A DNA stretch of 64,000 bases from positions 620,001-684,000 of the forward strand of contig JABVCE010000018.1 of NCBI GenBank assembly GCA_014905635.1. Reading direction: 5' to 3'. A model generated the notes under the pieces. It was not told the DNA's origin, made no database searches, and saw only the letters and a program-made list of their open reading frames with translations. The DNA comes from Scenedesmus sp. PABB004 (Eukaryota). Positions 21,765-37,637 of the stretch are shown here, piece by piece (positions within the stretch are counted from its first letter, which is position 1; every line of letters begins with the position of its first letter). Both the position numbers and the translations under genes were made by a program.

Positions 21765-22439
21765 TCACCCCTGACCGCCGCCGCCACCGTCGCCGCCGCC
21801 AAGCGACAGCATGCTCGCCAGGCCCTGCACCAGCAGCCTCGCCACCGACAGCGGCGCAGCGCTCGGCGCCACCTGCTCCCCGCGCGCCCGCCCGTCCGCC
21901 GCCGGCGCCTGCTGGCCCAGGAGCGCGGCGGGCGGGAGCTGCGGCGTGTCGGACACAAAGTCCAGCGCCGTGCCGCTGCCGCGCTCGCCGTCGGCGTCGC
22001 CCCAGTCGCCGCCTCCGCCGTCGAGCAGCTCGCCCGCGGCCGCGCCGCCGCTCAGCAGCAGGCCCTCCACCGCCGCGCCCACGCTGCCGAGCGCCTCCAG
22101 CACCGACGCGATGCCCCAGCCGCCCACGCCGCCGCCGCCGCCGCGCAGGTGCGCGGCCAGCGCACCAAGGCCGAGCGCTTCGATGTCTGCCAGCGCGCCC
22201 GCCGCGCCGCCGCCGCAGCTGGTGTGTGTGCTGACCGGCAGCGCGCCCGGCGGCGGCGCCGGCGACGACGCCGCGGCCGAGCTCGCGGCGGCACGCGGCG
22301 CGTAGCCGCCGCCGGCGTTGAGCTCGTCCAGCAGCGCCCGGAGCGGCGCAAATGCGGCGGGTGGCGGCGGACGCGCGCCGCCGCCGCCGTCCAGGCCCTG
22401 CAGCACCCCGGCGACGGGCAGGGCGTTTTCCAGGTAGTG
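21765..22439 (-). pseudogene. 3' fragment of the GYF-domain gene, frame open
   Basis: HYLENALPVAGVLQGLD... open to the stop; parent reads HYLEDGLPVAGVLQGLD. No ATG upstream in frame before a TGA. Confidence 0.88.
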
Positions 22440-22617
22440 CGGCACGCCGTGGCAGTCGGGCGCCGCTTGCGGGAGCGTCCCAGCGGCAAGCAGGCCGCCT
22501 CAGCGCGGTCACGCTAAGGCCCGTGCCATTTCCTCACCTGATCAACTGATCAACTGAGTCACGACCGCGGGGTGGACCCTACCCCGCGGCTGCGCCAGCG
22601 ACTAGCGAGCAACGAAC

Positions 22618-25183
<2,566 letters not shown>

Positions 25184-25622
25184 CGCGCCTGACGCCCCGC
25201 CTCCAGCAGGCTTCGCGCGCGCGGCGAGTGGTTGAACTCGTGATCTGTGGCAGCGGGGCGCGCTCCACGAGTCAGGGCGAGCCGCGCCGGCGGGGCGTCG
25301 GGCCGCTGCTCCGCGCTCTGCCACCAGGCGTCAGGAGGTCGCTGCTGCTGCTGCTGCTGCTGCCTTTGAGCGACACACTCGCGCGAACAGACTGGACGCA
25401 GCGTGCAGGCGCGCACATGAATTGGAGGCCGACATCAAACTCGGCGGGGCGCGGTCTCGGTCCGCACGCGGTCATCCGCGCATACGCCGCGCTGCCGAGC
25501 CGGCGATGACCGTCCCAAGGCCCGTCAGAGCCGCCACACCAGCCGGCCGCCCTGTACGCGCCAGTCACCGCGCGCGCCGCTGCCGCCGCTGCCACGCGCG
25601 CACTCGGAACTGCTGCGCCGCC

Positions 25623-26379
25623 TCAGGCCCTCCTGGTCGCGGCGACGAAGCGCGGCACGCCGTAGCAGTCGGGCACGACCGAGGCGTCGGCAAAGGCGGC
25701 GCCGTGCTGCCGCGCCAGCAGCGCCGCCACGAGGCCCGCCTGCTCGGCGCCGGCCGTCTGCGCCGCGGCGGCGGCGGCGGCGGCGGCGCAGCACGGGTCG
25801 TTGGCGCCGCGCAGTGCGCCGCCTGGCGCGCCGGGGCGCCGGGCGAGGCGCGCCGCGCGCCCCACCTCGAGCGCCAGCAGGCCGCCCGGCGCCAGCATGC
25901 CTGCCGCGCCCTCGCAGATGACCTGCGCGCGGCGGCGCAGCGCGTGGCTCTCCACGCGCCGGGGGCCCGCTGCGGCGATGGCGCCGCTCCGCGCCGCGCG
26001 GCGCACCTGCAGGCTGTCGATGCCCGCATCGAGCCCGCCGTCGAGCGCGGACACGGGCTCGTGCCGCCCCACCTCGGCCTGCAGGCCCGCCATCTGGGCG
26101 CGGGGGATGTAGGGCGGGTTTGACAGCACGCCCCCGAGCCGCCCCGCCAGCCCCAGCGCGGCGAGCGGCTCAAACCAGCTGCCGCGCAGTGCGCGCACGG
26201 CGGCGCCGACGCCGCACGCGTCGGCGTTGGCGGTGGCGTATGCGACTGCCGTGGGGCTGAGGTCGACTGCGTAGACCAGCGGACCCACCCCAGCCTGCAC
26301 CGGCGGCCCGCCCGACTGCTGCTGCTGCTGCCGCTGCTGCTGCCGCTGCTGCTGCTGCCGCTGCTGCTGCTGCTGCTGC

Positions 26380-26419
<40 letters not shown>

Positions 26420-27464
26420 GCTGCAGCAGCAGCCGCGCGGCGCCGACCGCGACGGCGCCGCTGCCGGTGCCGAGGTCGGCCCACGGCAGGCGCGCGAGCC
26501 CGGGGCGCGCGTCCAGCGCCGCCGCGGCGAGCTGCAGCAGCGCCTCGGTCTCCGGCCGCGGCACGAGGATGCCGGGGCCCACCGCCAGCACGAGGTCGAG
26601 CCAGTGCGCGCTGTGGGTGAGATACTGGAAGGGGACGCGCTCCTGCGCGGCGCCGCCGCAGGGCCCCGGCCGGCGGTCGGCGCCGGCCCGGCCCGGCCCG
26701 GCGGCGCGCCGTGCGCCGCGCGCCGCCGGCGCCGGCCGGCGCGCGAGGCGGCACGGCCGCACCTCCAGGCGCAGGCGCCACAGCGCCTCCAGCTGCGACA
26801 CCGGCGCGCGCAGCTGCACCTGCCAGGCGCCCGTCGACGCGCGCCGCCGGCTGGCCGCGCCGAGCTCCAGCTCCAGCGCCTGCCAGCTGCAGGGCGCCCA
26901 CTGCTGCTGCTCCTGCTCGCGCCAGGCCTGCGCGGGCGCGGGGCGCGGCGCGGTGGTGGGCGCGCGCGCCGCCGCCGCCCGGCTGCTGCCGCTCGCGCTC
27001 CCTCACCGCGATCACGTCATCCATCACCCAGGTGACCTCCCGCTGTGAGCGCGCGAGCGGCGGGAGCGTCAGCTGCGCGTGAGCGGCGGCGCGAGAGCGG
27101 CGCGCGAGCGGCGCGCGCCCGCCGGCGTGCTCCCCGCGCTCGCCTGCAGCTCCGCCGCGCCTGGGCCGCCGTCGGCCACCTCCCAGGCGTCCTTGATCTG
27201 GGCGATGCGCGCCAGCACGCGGTCGCGCCAGGCCAGCAGCGCCGAGAGCTGCTCCACGTGCGCCGGCGGGCGGCGGCAGAGCGGCGTGGGCACGTCGGCG
27301 GACGCCGCCACGGGCGCGTCCACCCAGGGCGCGGCGCCCGCCGCCAGGCAGCGCATGAGCAGGTGCGGCGATGCGGCGCGGCGCCTGCGGGCGCCGGCGA
27401 GCGCAGCGACGGCAGCAGCGGCGGCGGCGCGCCCCGGCACCAGCGCGGCGGCCGGCGGCGCCAT
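25623..27464 (-). CDS. prmC: HemK/PrmC release-factor glutamine methyltransferase, probably plastid, 6 exons
   Basis: RVPFQYL, ILVPRPETE, DLGTGSGAVA, AVDLS, GSWFEPL, SNPPYIP, HEPVSALDGG, GGLLALE, DCYGVPRFV. First intron has a GC donor (27143). Confidence 0.93.
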
Positions 27465-27708
27465 GGCGGGAGGTCCTGCGCGACAGCTGCGTTCGCTGAT
27501 GCGTCGCGGGGGGTTCGTCTTGACCAGGCAGCTGCACAGGGTTCGCCGCCGCTCCGCTCCGCCGCTCCGCCGCTCCGCCCCGCCGCGCCGCGCTCTGTGC
27601 TCGCATCGCGACCTGCCGCCCCGCTGCTCTGTTGTGCGCAGGGGACGCGAGCGCCGTGCAAGCTTGAAATCGAGCTGAGGCGCCACGCGGCGGTAGTCAA
27701 CAGCGGCG

Positions 27709-30700
27709 ATGGAGGGCGGGGAGCAGCGCCCGGGTGGCGGCGGCAGCGGCGGCAAGCGGGTGCGGCGCCGCGCTGCGCTGTGGGAGCCGTTGCGCGCGCG
27801 TGCCCACGCGCCTGCCCTGGCGCGCGCAGCCGCCGCCGCCAGCGCCCGTGGGGGCGGCCCTGAAGCCCGGGGAGCTGCCCAGCGTGCTGCGCACGTCGGC
27901 GGACCTCTGCCCCAAGCCGGGCGGCGGCACAGCGGGGCCATCCACGCTGCACGGCGCGCGGCCAGAGCCCGCCGCCGCCAGGCCGGCGGCCAAGCCCGCC
28001 GCCCACCCAACGGTCGGCGACGCGCTGGCGGGCGCGGTGCTGCCGCGGTGGGCGCGCTCGGGGCGCCAGCAGGGGGCGCGCGCGCCGCGCCGGGCTGGCG
28101 CGGCGCTCAGGTCGCTCCGCTCGCGCCGCTGCCGCAGGCTGGACACGGGGGCGCCCGGCCACCACCACCGCCACCAGCAGCTGCCCGCGCGGCTGGCGCG
28201 GTCGAGCTCGGTGAGCCGCGCGGCGCTGGGCACCGCCTCTTGCCGCCCGCCGGCGCGCTGCGCTGCGGGGGCGCCCATACGCTGCCCTGCGCCGGGCGCC
28301 GCCGCGCCGCTGCAGCCGCCGCACCGGCCGGGCGACCGATCCACACCGGAGCGGCTGCGCCCTGGCTGGCCGGCGCCGGAGGGCCCTGCAGCGGTGGGCG
28401 CGCGCGCCATGCCGCGGACTGCAGCAGCGCCGGGTGGGTCCGAGCACGCGTCGGGCGCGCCGGCCGTTGGCAGCGTTGCCATGGCCGCCCTGCCAGCTTC
28501 GCTGTACAGGAAGCTGGGCGGCGACGGCGCGGACGGCGCCTGGCTGGGCGGGGCGGCGCCGGCGCCCGCAGCGGCAGCTGCGCCGCCACAGGCCTCGCCG
28601 CGCGGGCCGGCGGCGGGCGGCGCCGGGGGCGGCGAGGCGCGCCTGCTGCGCCCGGTCGACCCCTCGCAGCCGGGCTACTACTGGAAGCCGGCGCGTGGCG
28701 ACGCCGAGGCGGCGGGCGCGCAGGCGGTCGCGGCGCTGGAGGGCGCCGCCGGCCCCGAGGGCCCTGCCGTGCAGCACAGCCGGCAGCGCAGGAGCCTGCT
28801 GCTGCGTCTGCCGCTGGGCACGGAGGACTTTGTCGGTGAGCGCCGCCAGCAGCGGGGGCGTGGTGCTCGTGGGCGCTCCCGCGCGCCGGCCCCCGCCGGC
28901 CCTGCGGGCCGACAGCCGCTGCTGCCGCCGCCGCCGCGCTCAGGGGCCGTCCCCGCGGCGATCCAGGACCACGGCGGCCGCGCGTGCCTGCTGGTGCTGC
29001 CCTCGGACCAGCCCAGCAGCCGCAAGGAGGCGCTGGCGGTGGAGGCGCTGCTGCGGGAGCTGCTCGCCGACCCCGGCTCCGCGGTCGCGCGGGCCTGCCA
29101 GTGGCGCGCCGCCGCGCTCGCGGCGCTGTGCAGCGAGAGCCTCGCTGCGGTCGCAGAGGCGCTGCGGGAGAAGGGCCCGCCCGGTGGGTGGCAGTTCCGC
29201 ACCCTCGCGCGCAGCCTCACGGGCAAGGTCGTGGGGGCGGGCATGGTCGAGGCCCGGGACCGCCTGACCTCTGCCACGGAGGTCAGCACCGCCGCCACGA
29301 GCATGGCGGGCTTGATCGACACCAAGGCTGCAGCCGCGCGCGTGTGCGCGGCGGCCGCGACCGCGGCAGCGGCAGCCGCCGCCGCAGTGGCGCCCGCGTC
29401 GCTGCGTGGTGGCGCGGCACCGCTGCCCGCTGGCGCGCGCGCGCCCGCGTCGGCGGAGCTGGCGGCGGCGGCGGCAGCGGAGGGGACTGCAGAGGCGGCA
29501 GCCACGGCGGGCACGGCAACGGGCCAGCACCTGCAGCTGGCTGGAGGCTCTGCGCCGGGCTCGCCGCAGTCGGCGAGCTCCGCGCACAGCAGCCGCGGCG
29601 CGCGGGCGCAGACTGGGTCTCCAGGCAGCCTCCAGCGGCCGGGCAGCGACGGCGGCCAAGCGCGACCGCCGCACCACCAGGTGCCCAGCCCTGTCGCTGC
29701 CAGCGGCGGCAGCAGCAGTGGCAGCCGGCATCAGTCGCCGCTGCGGAGGGCGGGCCACACAGCCGCCGAGGCGGCGGGGCCTGGCGGAGCACCGGAGGAG
29801 CCAGCGGTGACGCCCGCAACAGCGCGGACTGGCTGCAGCAGGGAGGGTCCCTACGGCTGCCTCACAGTCGTGACCGAAGCCAGCAGCGCGGCGGCGGCGG
29901 TGGCGGCGGCGGCGGAGCAGCAGCAGCAGTCGAGCGCGTCGGAGCAGGCAGGGGGCGGCAGCACCAGCCGGAGCAAGCACAGCAGCAGCTGCTCGCCGGC
30001 GCCAGCAGGCAGCCCCACACCCGGCGGCGGCGAGCCAGCAGTCCCTGGAGCAGCAGGCGCTGCAGAGGGCGCGGCAGGGCAGCTGGTGGAGGCATGCCGA
30101 GCAGCGCCGGGCGGCGGCGCTGCAGCCGAGGGGGCGGGTGGCGCAGCGCTGGAGCGGGACAGTGGCGGCGGCGCGTCGGAGCAGCAGCCGCACGAGGGGC
30201 TGAGCGGCCTGTACGCCCTGGCGCTGGCGTCGTCCGTGTGCATGGCGGACCTTGTGCGCCAGGTGGAGGTCGCGTGCGTCGAGCGCGGCGCGGCGCTCGC
30301 GTACGCCTGGAACGCGTCGGTCGGCGCCGCCGAGGCGGCGCTGGCGGAGCTGCGCGCGCAGAACCGGCGGCTGCTGGGCCTCAACGCCCAGCTCGTGGCG
30401 GAGCAGGCCGAGCTGGCGCGGGAGCTGCGGGGCGTCGACTTCCTCAGGTGCGGGCTGTGCTGCTGCCGCGGCGGTCTGGTCTGCCGGCGGCGGCGCCGCG
30501 GCACCGCCGCCGCTCCGCGCCGCGCGCAGGCGGGAGGCGGTGCGGTTCCGGCGCGAGTGCGACGAGGCGACCGCGATGCTGGCGGCGGCGGCGGCGGACA
30601 ACGCGCGGCTGCGCGGGCTGCTGCAGGGCGTGCAGGGCCAGGTGGCGGCGGTGGAGGACTTCACACGCAGGCGGTGGGTGGGGGGTCGGGGACCGGCGCG

Positions 30701-33700
30701 CATCGCTCGCTCAGCTGCGCGCCGACGTTGGACGCATGCGCGCGCCGCAGGCTGGCGCGGCTGCGCTGGCGCAACGCGTTTGCGGTGCTCGGGACCTGGA
30801 GCCGGCAGAGCACGGTGCAGAGCGGGCTCCCGCGCCGCGAGGACGCGGGGCAGCTGCTCGGAGGGGTGCGGCGGCGGCGGCGGCGCGGCGGGCGCGCGCG
30901 GCACCTGCATCGGTGGCGCGCGCACGCCAGCCAGCCAGGCGCGTGCCCGCTCTCTCACCCCCTCCACACCCGCCCGGCGGCGCCGCGCAGGTGGTCATGC
31001 TGGAAAAGCTGGCCCACGCGGTCAACAGCGTGGAGCACCGCAAGCTCGCATGGGGGCGAAGCCAGCAGGCGGACAAGTTCAACGCCGGCCGCCCCCAGAT
31101 CAGGGACGCGGGCCAGGTGCGCGGCGCCGCCCTGCAGGGGGCGTGTGCGCGCCGTGCTCAGCCCTCGGCGCTCCGCTCGCAGCTGTGCGCTGAGCGGCCA
31201 ACAGCTTGACTGGAGAGACCGGCGCGGGCCCACGCCGCCCCGCGCCGCCGCCGCGCAGGGCACGACGCTGGGCCCGCAGGCCGCGGCGCCGGGGCGCGTG
31301 CGCGACGGCGCGAGCATCGACTCCACCGTCTCCATGATGGCCGCACTCACGCCCGAGGCGCGCACGATGGTGCTGTCCACGATGCCGCCGGCGCAGCGCT
31401 GGCGCGTCCTCGAGGCAATGCACGACGAGGAGCGCGGCGCGATGGTCGTCGCGATGGGCGCCCCGCTGCGCGCCGAGGCGGCGGCCGCAGTCGACGCGCG
31501 GCTGTGGGAGCGGACGCTCGACATCATCCGCAACTCGCCGACGCTCGCGGCGCGGTGTGCGCGCGCGTGCGGCGGCGGCGGCCTGACCGCGCCGCGGCCA
31601 AAAGCGCGAGCTGTGCGCGCGGCCGCCGCGCTGAGCCCTGCGCGTCGCGCGCCTGTGCCGCAGGTACCTGAGCTCGATGCACATCGACGACGCGGCGGGC
31701 GAGTTCCTGGGCTGGGGCACGTTCCAGCAGCTCGACGCGCTCGGCGCGCTCGACGCGTTCACCGCCGCCGCGCTGCTCACGCGCGCGCCGGCGCCGCTGC
31801 GCAAGGAGCTGCTCAGCCTGATGGAGCCCTTTGCGGCGGCCAACATCGTGCAGGCGCGGCGGCGGCGGGGGGAGACGAGCTGCAGTGCTGGCACATTGCG
31901 CGGGGCTGGCCGCACGGCGACGCGGCGCGGGGGCCCGCCGGCCGACGGGTGGCACGCGCGCACACACCGCACACGCAGGCGATGATGCCGCCACCGGCCG
32001 CGAGCGCGGTGGACGGCCTGGATCTGGCCAAGGCGCTCGCCGTGCTCTCGGCCATGGACCCGGCCAAGGCGGCCGACGTGCTCACGGGTGCGGCGCGCGA
32101 GCGCCCGCGGCGGGCGCGCCTCGGCCCGGCCGGCGTCCCCCCGCGCGCGCGGCCCGCGACGGCGCACGGCCACGCGCGCCTGCGGCGCTCCCCGCGCAGA
32201 GATGGGGTCGTCCAAGGCGGCGGGCAAGCTGATGGCGATGGACGCGGACGCGCGCAACAGCATCCTCGAGGCCATGGCGCCCCGCGACGCTGCGGGCGCG
32301 CTCACGAGCATGGAGGACGCGCTTGAGGCCGCGGCGGCCGCGGCCGGCGGCGCGGGCGCGGCGCAGCGCCCGGGCAGCGCAGAGGTGCGCCCGCCGCGCG
32401 CGGCGCGACCGCGCGCGCGGCCGGCCGGCCGGCTCGCGGGCGCGAGGCCCCCGTCGCCGCGCGCCGCGCCGCCCGCAGCTGCTGTCGCTCGGCGGCGGCG
32501 GCGCGCTGGAGTCGCCGGTGATGGGCGCGATGGCCGGCATCGGCGCCGAGAGCGCGATGAGCATCCTCAGCTACATGGCTGTCCAGGCGCGCCCGCCTCC
32601 CGCCCGCCGGGCAGCCGCCGTGGGCGCGCAGGCAGGCAGGCGCCCGAGCGCCGCCGGCAAGGCCTGTGCTGGAGCGGCGCGCGCGCCGCCGCCGCGCCGC
32701 GCCGCGCCGCGCCGCGCCGCGCCGCACAGGACAAGGCGGCGCTGCTGGCCAACATGGACCCGGGCGCGGTGTCGCGCCTGCTGGCGCTGATGGACCCGCA
32801 CGAGGCGGTGCTGCTGCTCGCGGCGCTCGGCGACGGCACGGCGCGGCTCGTGAGCCAGGCGCTGAGCGCAGAGGAGCGGGACCGCATGGTCCAGGTGCGC
32901 GCGCGCGCAGTGCAAGGGGGCCCAGGGACCTGGGGCGGCGGGAAGCCGCGCCGCGAGCGCTGCGGGCGGCGCGGCCGGGCCGTGTCGGTGCCGGCCTGGC
33001 GGCGAGCGGCGGCCGCGGCGCCGCGCGCGCGCAGGTCCTGCAGGCTGCCGACTGCCGGCCGGGCGGCGGCGCCGACGCGTTTGCGCGGCGCGCGCGCAAG
33101 AAGGGCAGCGTCCGGGGCCGCTCGAGCGAGGCGGACACGGTGGAGCGGCTAGTGGACGCGTGCGAGGTGCGGCTCGCACGCCCACGCCGCGTGCCTGCCT
33201 GCTCTCCGCACACACGCACGCACGCGTCGGCGCGCCTGGGCGAGCAGGCACGGCCGCCCGCCGTGCCGCCGGGCCGCGCTGACCCGGCTGGCCGCACCGG
33301 CGCGCGCCGCGCAGACAATCGAGGCCATCGCGCTGGACGAGGGAGGCGAGGACGAGCCGTCCAGTGCGGCCGCCGCCGCCAGCACAGCGCGCGGAGCGCG
33401 CAGCGGCCGCGTCACCAGCCGCGCCAGCCGGCCGCCGAGCAGGAGCGTGGGCGTGCAGGTGGGCGGCGCGCCTGCCACGCCCGCCGCCCTCGGCGCCTGC
33501 ATGGCGGCTGCGGCTGAGGGCGAGCCCGTAGAGGAGGGCGAGGACGCGAGGAGTGGGGCCGCCACGACCAGCAGCACCGGCTGGGCCGGCGAGGAGGCGG
33601 ACGACGGCACTGGCGCGGCCGAGCCGTCCGCGGCAGCGGATGTGCCTGCCGCGGCAGCAGCGGGCAGGGCCGCCACCAGCAAGGCGCGCCGCGCAGTGGC

Positions 33701-36700
33701 GCCGGGCAAGGGCGCGCGCAAGGCGCCGGCTGCCGCGCAGAGGGCGGAGGAGCGGCGGGCGTCCACGTCCAGCGCCGCTGGCGACAGCGAGCTGGGGGAG
33801 GGCGCCGGCGCTCCAGACGGCGGCGCAGTCACCGACCGCGGCGGCGCGGCGCCGGTGGGCACCGCCAAGCAGCGCGCCGCCGGCAAGCCCGCCAGCAAGC
33901 CCGCCGGCGCCCGAAGCGGCGCGGCGAGCGCCCGCGCCCGGCAGACGCGCGGCTCGGATGCAAGCGACGGCCCGGCGCTGGGCAGCGGTGCAGGCGCGGC
34001 CGGTGGCAGGCGCGGCAGCCTGGCGGGCGGCAGCGGGGGCGGCGTGCCGCCGCTCGTGCTGGGTGCGAAGCGTGTGGAGGCCAGCAGCATGAGCTTCGAC
34101 TCGCCACCCGCCTCAAGCGCGCGCGTGCGGGTGAGTGGGGCGGGCGCTCCTGCCTCCAAGCAGCTCAGCGCGCGCCGCGCGACGCCATTGCCTGCACTCA
34201 CCGCCCCGCCCGCTGTCCTTGGCGCCGCAGTCCGCAGAGGGTGGCGGCGCGGCGGGCGACGGCGAGCCGCCCTCGGGCGAGGCCTCGCCCCGCGCCGTCG
34301 GCGGCAGCGGGCCCGGTGCCGGCCCGGAGGCGGGCGCCACCGGCCGTGCGACTGCGCGCGGCGCCAAGGCCGCCGGAGCCGCCGCCGGGCGCCGGGCACT
34401 CAAGGATGCGCTCAAGGCCCAGGCGACCGCCAAAAGGGTCGGCGGAGGCGGCGCGCCCGGGCGCGCCAGTGCTGTGCCGGGCGGGGCCGCGGCGGTGCGC
34501 GACGCTGGCCAGCAGCCGGGCGGCGGCGACAGCGACGACAGCGGGTCTGACGCCGGCTGCGCGAGGTGGGCGGCCTCGGCGCGGCACCGCGCGCGCGGCG
34601 GCCGTCCGCAGCGCTGGCGCGCGCGCACCGCTGACCGCCGCCGCCCCGAGGGGCCCCGCAGCGCTGCGCCGCCGCCCGCGCCGCCGGCCGAGGCGCCGTC
34701 GCGGCTGGGGCGCCTGCCCAAAAACGCGCGGCTCATCGAGGCCATGGCGCAGCACAAGAACGCCAAGCCCAAGCCCAAGGGCTGGCTCATGGCCGTCGTG
34801 GACAGCATCTACAAGGAGGGTGCGTCCGCACGGCCTGCCTGCACCCCGCCGGCACACCGCCCCGCACGGCAGCGCCGCGGCGGGCCGGCGCGGAGCGCCC
34901 GCGCCGCGCGCCGACAGGCGAGACGCTGCTGCGCAAGCTCGGGCGCGCCGACATGGTCAAGAAGCAGAGCGTGCCGGAGATTGTGTTTGCATTCTTCCAC
35001 AACAAGTGAGCCAGTGGTGGGGGCCTGCGGGGCACACACGCTGGCGCAGCTGCTGCTGTGCGAGCGGCGGGCGCAGCATGCACAGTACGCGCGCGCGCGG
35101 GGCCGTCACGCGGCGTGGCGGCGCTGCGCAGGTACGGGCAGCGCGCGCTGGTGAACGAGAACGTCGGCAGCCTGGTCAACGCGCTCACGCTGCACCGCGC
35201 CGGCGACCTGCGCCTGGAGGCCTTTGCCCGCCTGCTGAGCGAGGAGTGGGACGTGAGCATCTTCCTGGACTTCCTCGGCGCGCAGGCGCTCTGCCTCCAG
35301 GTGACCATGAATGAGTGCTGGCGGCGGCAGCGCGGCGGCCGCGCGCGCGCCGCGGGCTGACGGCTGACGGCCGGCCGCCGGTCCCCGCAGCCGGCCAAGC
35401 AGGTGGTGTGCATCGAGTACGGCCGCGAGGCGGCGCGCGACGAGGCCTACCCCCAGGTCTGCCTCGCAAAGGCGGCCTACGTGGCGGACGCGGTCCTGGG
35501 CACGCGCAGCAAGGCGCGCCGCGCGCGGCGCAGGCCGGGCCGGGCGGGGCGCGGCTCGCCCTGTCGAGCCGCCGCCGCCGAGGCTCGCGCCGCGCGGGCG
35601 CGCCCGCCCACGCGCGCCGCGCGTGGCCCCGCGCGCCCCGCCCCGTAGGCGGCGCGCGCGCGGTTCACCGAGCTGCTGCGCCTCGCCGCGTCCCCCGCGG
35701 ACGAGGGCGACGTGGAGCGGCTGCGCCGCGAGGCCGCGGGCGGCGCCAAGGACGGCGGCGGCGCCGGCGCGCGCGGCGGCGCCGGCGGCGATGAGCTGGC
35801 CGGGCCGTTCTTCAAGCTGCCCCGCATCCGCTTCCTGCTGCTCCTCTGCACCGAGCTCGCGCGCATCAACAGGCGAGGCGGCGGCGCCTGGCTGCCAGCC
35901 GGTCAGCCAGTCGCTGGCCCCCGTCCGCCCGCGCGGCGCGGCGCGCGCGCGACGGCGCCCGTCTGCTGCTGCGCCTGTCGTCGGCGCAGGTTCATCGCGA
36001 CCTTTGCCGAGGAGCGCTTCGCCGCGCTCGACGTGGCCCACGCCGGCGTGGTGGGCGCCGTGGCGGCGCGTGGGTTTGTCAAGGCCACGAGCCCGGGCGC
36101 CTCCGACGCGCAGGCGCGGGCCCGCGCGCGCGGGCCCGCCACCACCTGCGCGCTCCCGCCGCAGCAGTCACACCAGCGCGGCTGGGCGCCGAGCGCTGCT
36201 GCCGCGTGCTGCCCCGCCGCACGCGCTGCGCAGGTGGCGGAGACCATCAGCGCGTTTGTGGCCAACGCCGAGGCGGCCGCGCGCGACGTCGCGCCCGAGA
36301 GCGTCGCCGTGGCGGGCGTGGACGAGTTGACGCGCGACGCGTTCATCGCCGCCACGGCCGCGACGGCCGCGGTGCGGGAGCACATCAAGGCGCACCTCCT
36401 CCCGCCCGCGCCCCTGCAGGAGGACGGCGACGCGCAGCAGGCGCGCGGCGCGCGCGCGGGCTGTGCAGACTCCCTGCGCCGCAGAGAGCGGCGCCGGCCC
36501 ACGGGGGCTGGCCAGCTGAGGTGCGCCGCCGCCGTGGCGCGCGCAGGTGTTCTTCTGCCTTCTGCAAGTGCTGCTGGCGCGGCACAGCGCGGCGCTGCTG
36601 CCCACGTGGGCAGCCGCGCTGGACGCGGCGGGCGAGCGCGGGCGGCCGCTGAGCGGGCAGCTCGCCGCGGCGGGCGCGGCGGGCAGTGCCGGCGACGCGC

Positions 36701-37262
36701 GGCTGCGCGCGTACGTCAGCCTGGTGCTGGGCATCATCAACACCTCCGCCCAGGCGCGGCGCGGCGGGCGCGGGGGCGCGGCGGAGCGAGGCGCGGCGGT
36801 GGGGGCGGCGCGCGCGGGGGGCCGCTGCCGACGGCGGCCGCGCGCACGCCTGCGCCGCAGGCGTACCTGGACGGTCTGCTCGGCGCCAGCGGCGGCGCCG
36901 TCGGCGGCGGCGGCGGCGCCGCGGCGCTGGAGGAGGGCCTGGCGCGGCTCGAGGACGCCGCGCTGCTGGTGGTCGGCGTCGGCCGCGGCGGCGGGGGCGG
37001 CGGCGCGCTGCCGTACCTGATCGACGACGCCGGCGGCGACGGGCAGCTCGCGCGCGCGCGCCTCGCGCGCCTGCCGCGCGCGAGCCGCACCGCCGCCGTG
37101 GGGCGGCGCCTGCTGCAGCACCGGCGCATGGCCGCCGGCATGGCGGCCGCCGCCGCGCGCGTCGTGCAGGCGGAGTGGCGGCGCTACGTCGGCGCGCGCG
37201 GCGCGCGCGGCGCCGGTGGCGCGGGCGCGGGCGAGGGCGCGGGCGAAGGCCTGGGCGGCTGA
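27709..37262 (+). CDS. Large multi-exon protein with an axonemal dynein light chain-like domain, coiled coil, MgtE-N-like helical repeats and a C-terminal IQ-like motif (putative flagella-associated)
   Basis: PSSRKEALAVEALLRELL (~29012) and MADLVRQVEVACVERGAALAYAW (~30242) resemble the two blocks of the p28/AXDND1 domain. LxxMDPxxAAxxL repeats 31334-32893. WLMAVVDSIYKE..FAFFHNKYGQ..RLEAFARLL block. AAARVVQAEWRRYV near the stop. Exon chain only partly resolved; could be more than one gene. Confidence 0.6.
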
Positions 37263-37637
37263 GCGAGCACCTCCCACGACCCACTGGCTGCGGCGCGCTA
37301 GGGCGGCATGCCGCGCGCAGCGCGCGAACGCGGCGGCGCGCGGGTGCCGCACGGCGGCTCGGCTCGCGCCGCCGGCGTGGCTACCGTGCTGCGACGGGGA
37401 GGCCTCCTCACCGTCCCGCGGGGCTTACCAAGCCCTGTCGAGTAATCCGGACCATGACCGATAGGCCTGCCCGGCCGCAAGCGCACCAGGCGCTCCCGCC
37501 GCGCCTCCGCCGGCCATTGCTTGCGCTGCGGCAAACCAGCAGCTCACGCCACGCGCTCCCGCGCACGCCCGCGCACGCCAAAAGCAGCGGGGTGCACCCG
37601 GCACCGCGCCCGCCCGCGGCAGCGGGGCGACGCGGCC

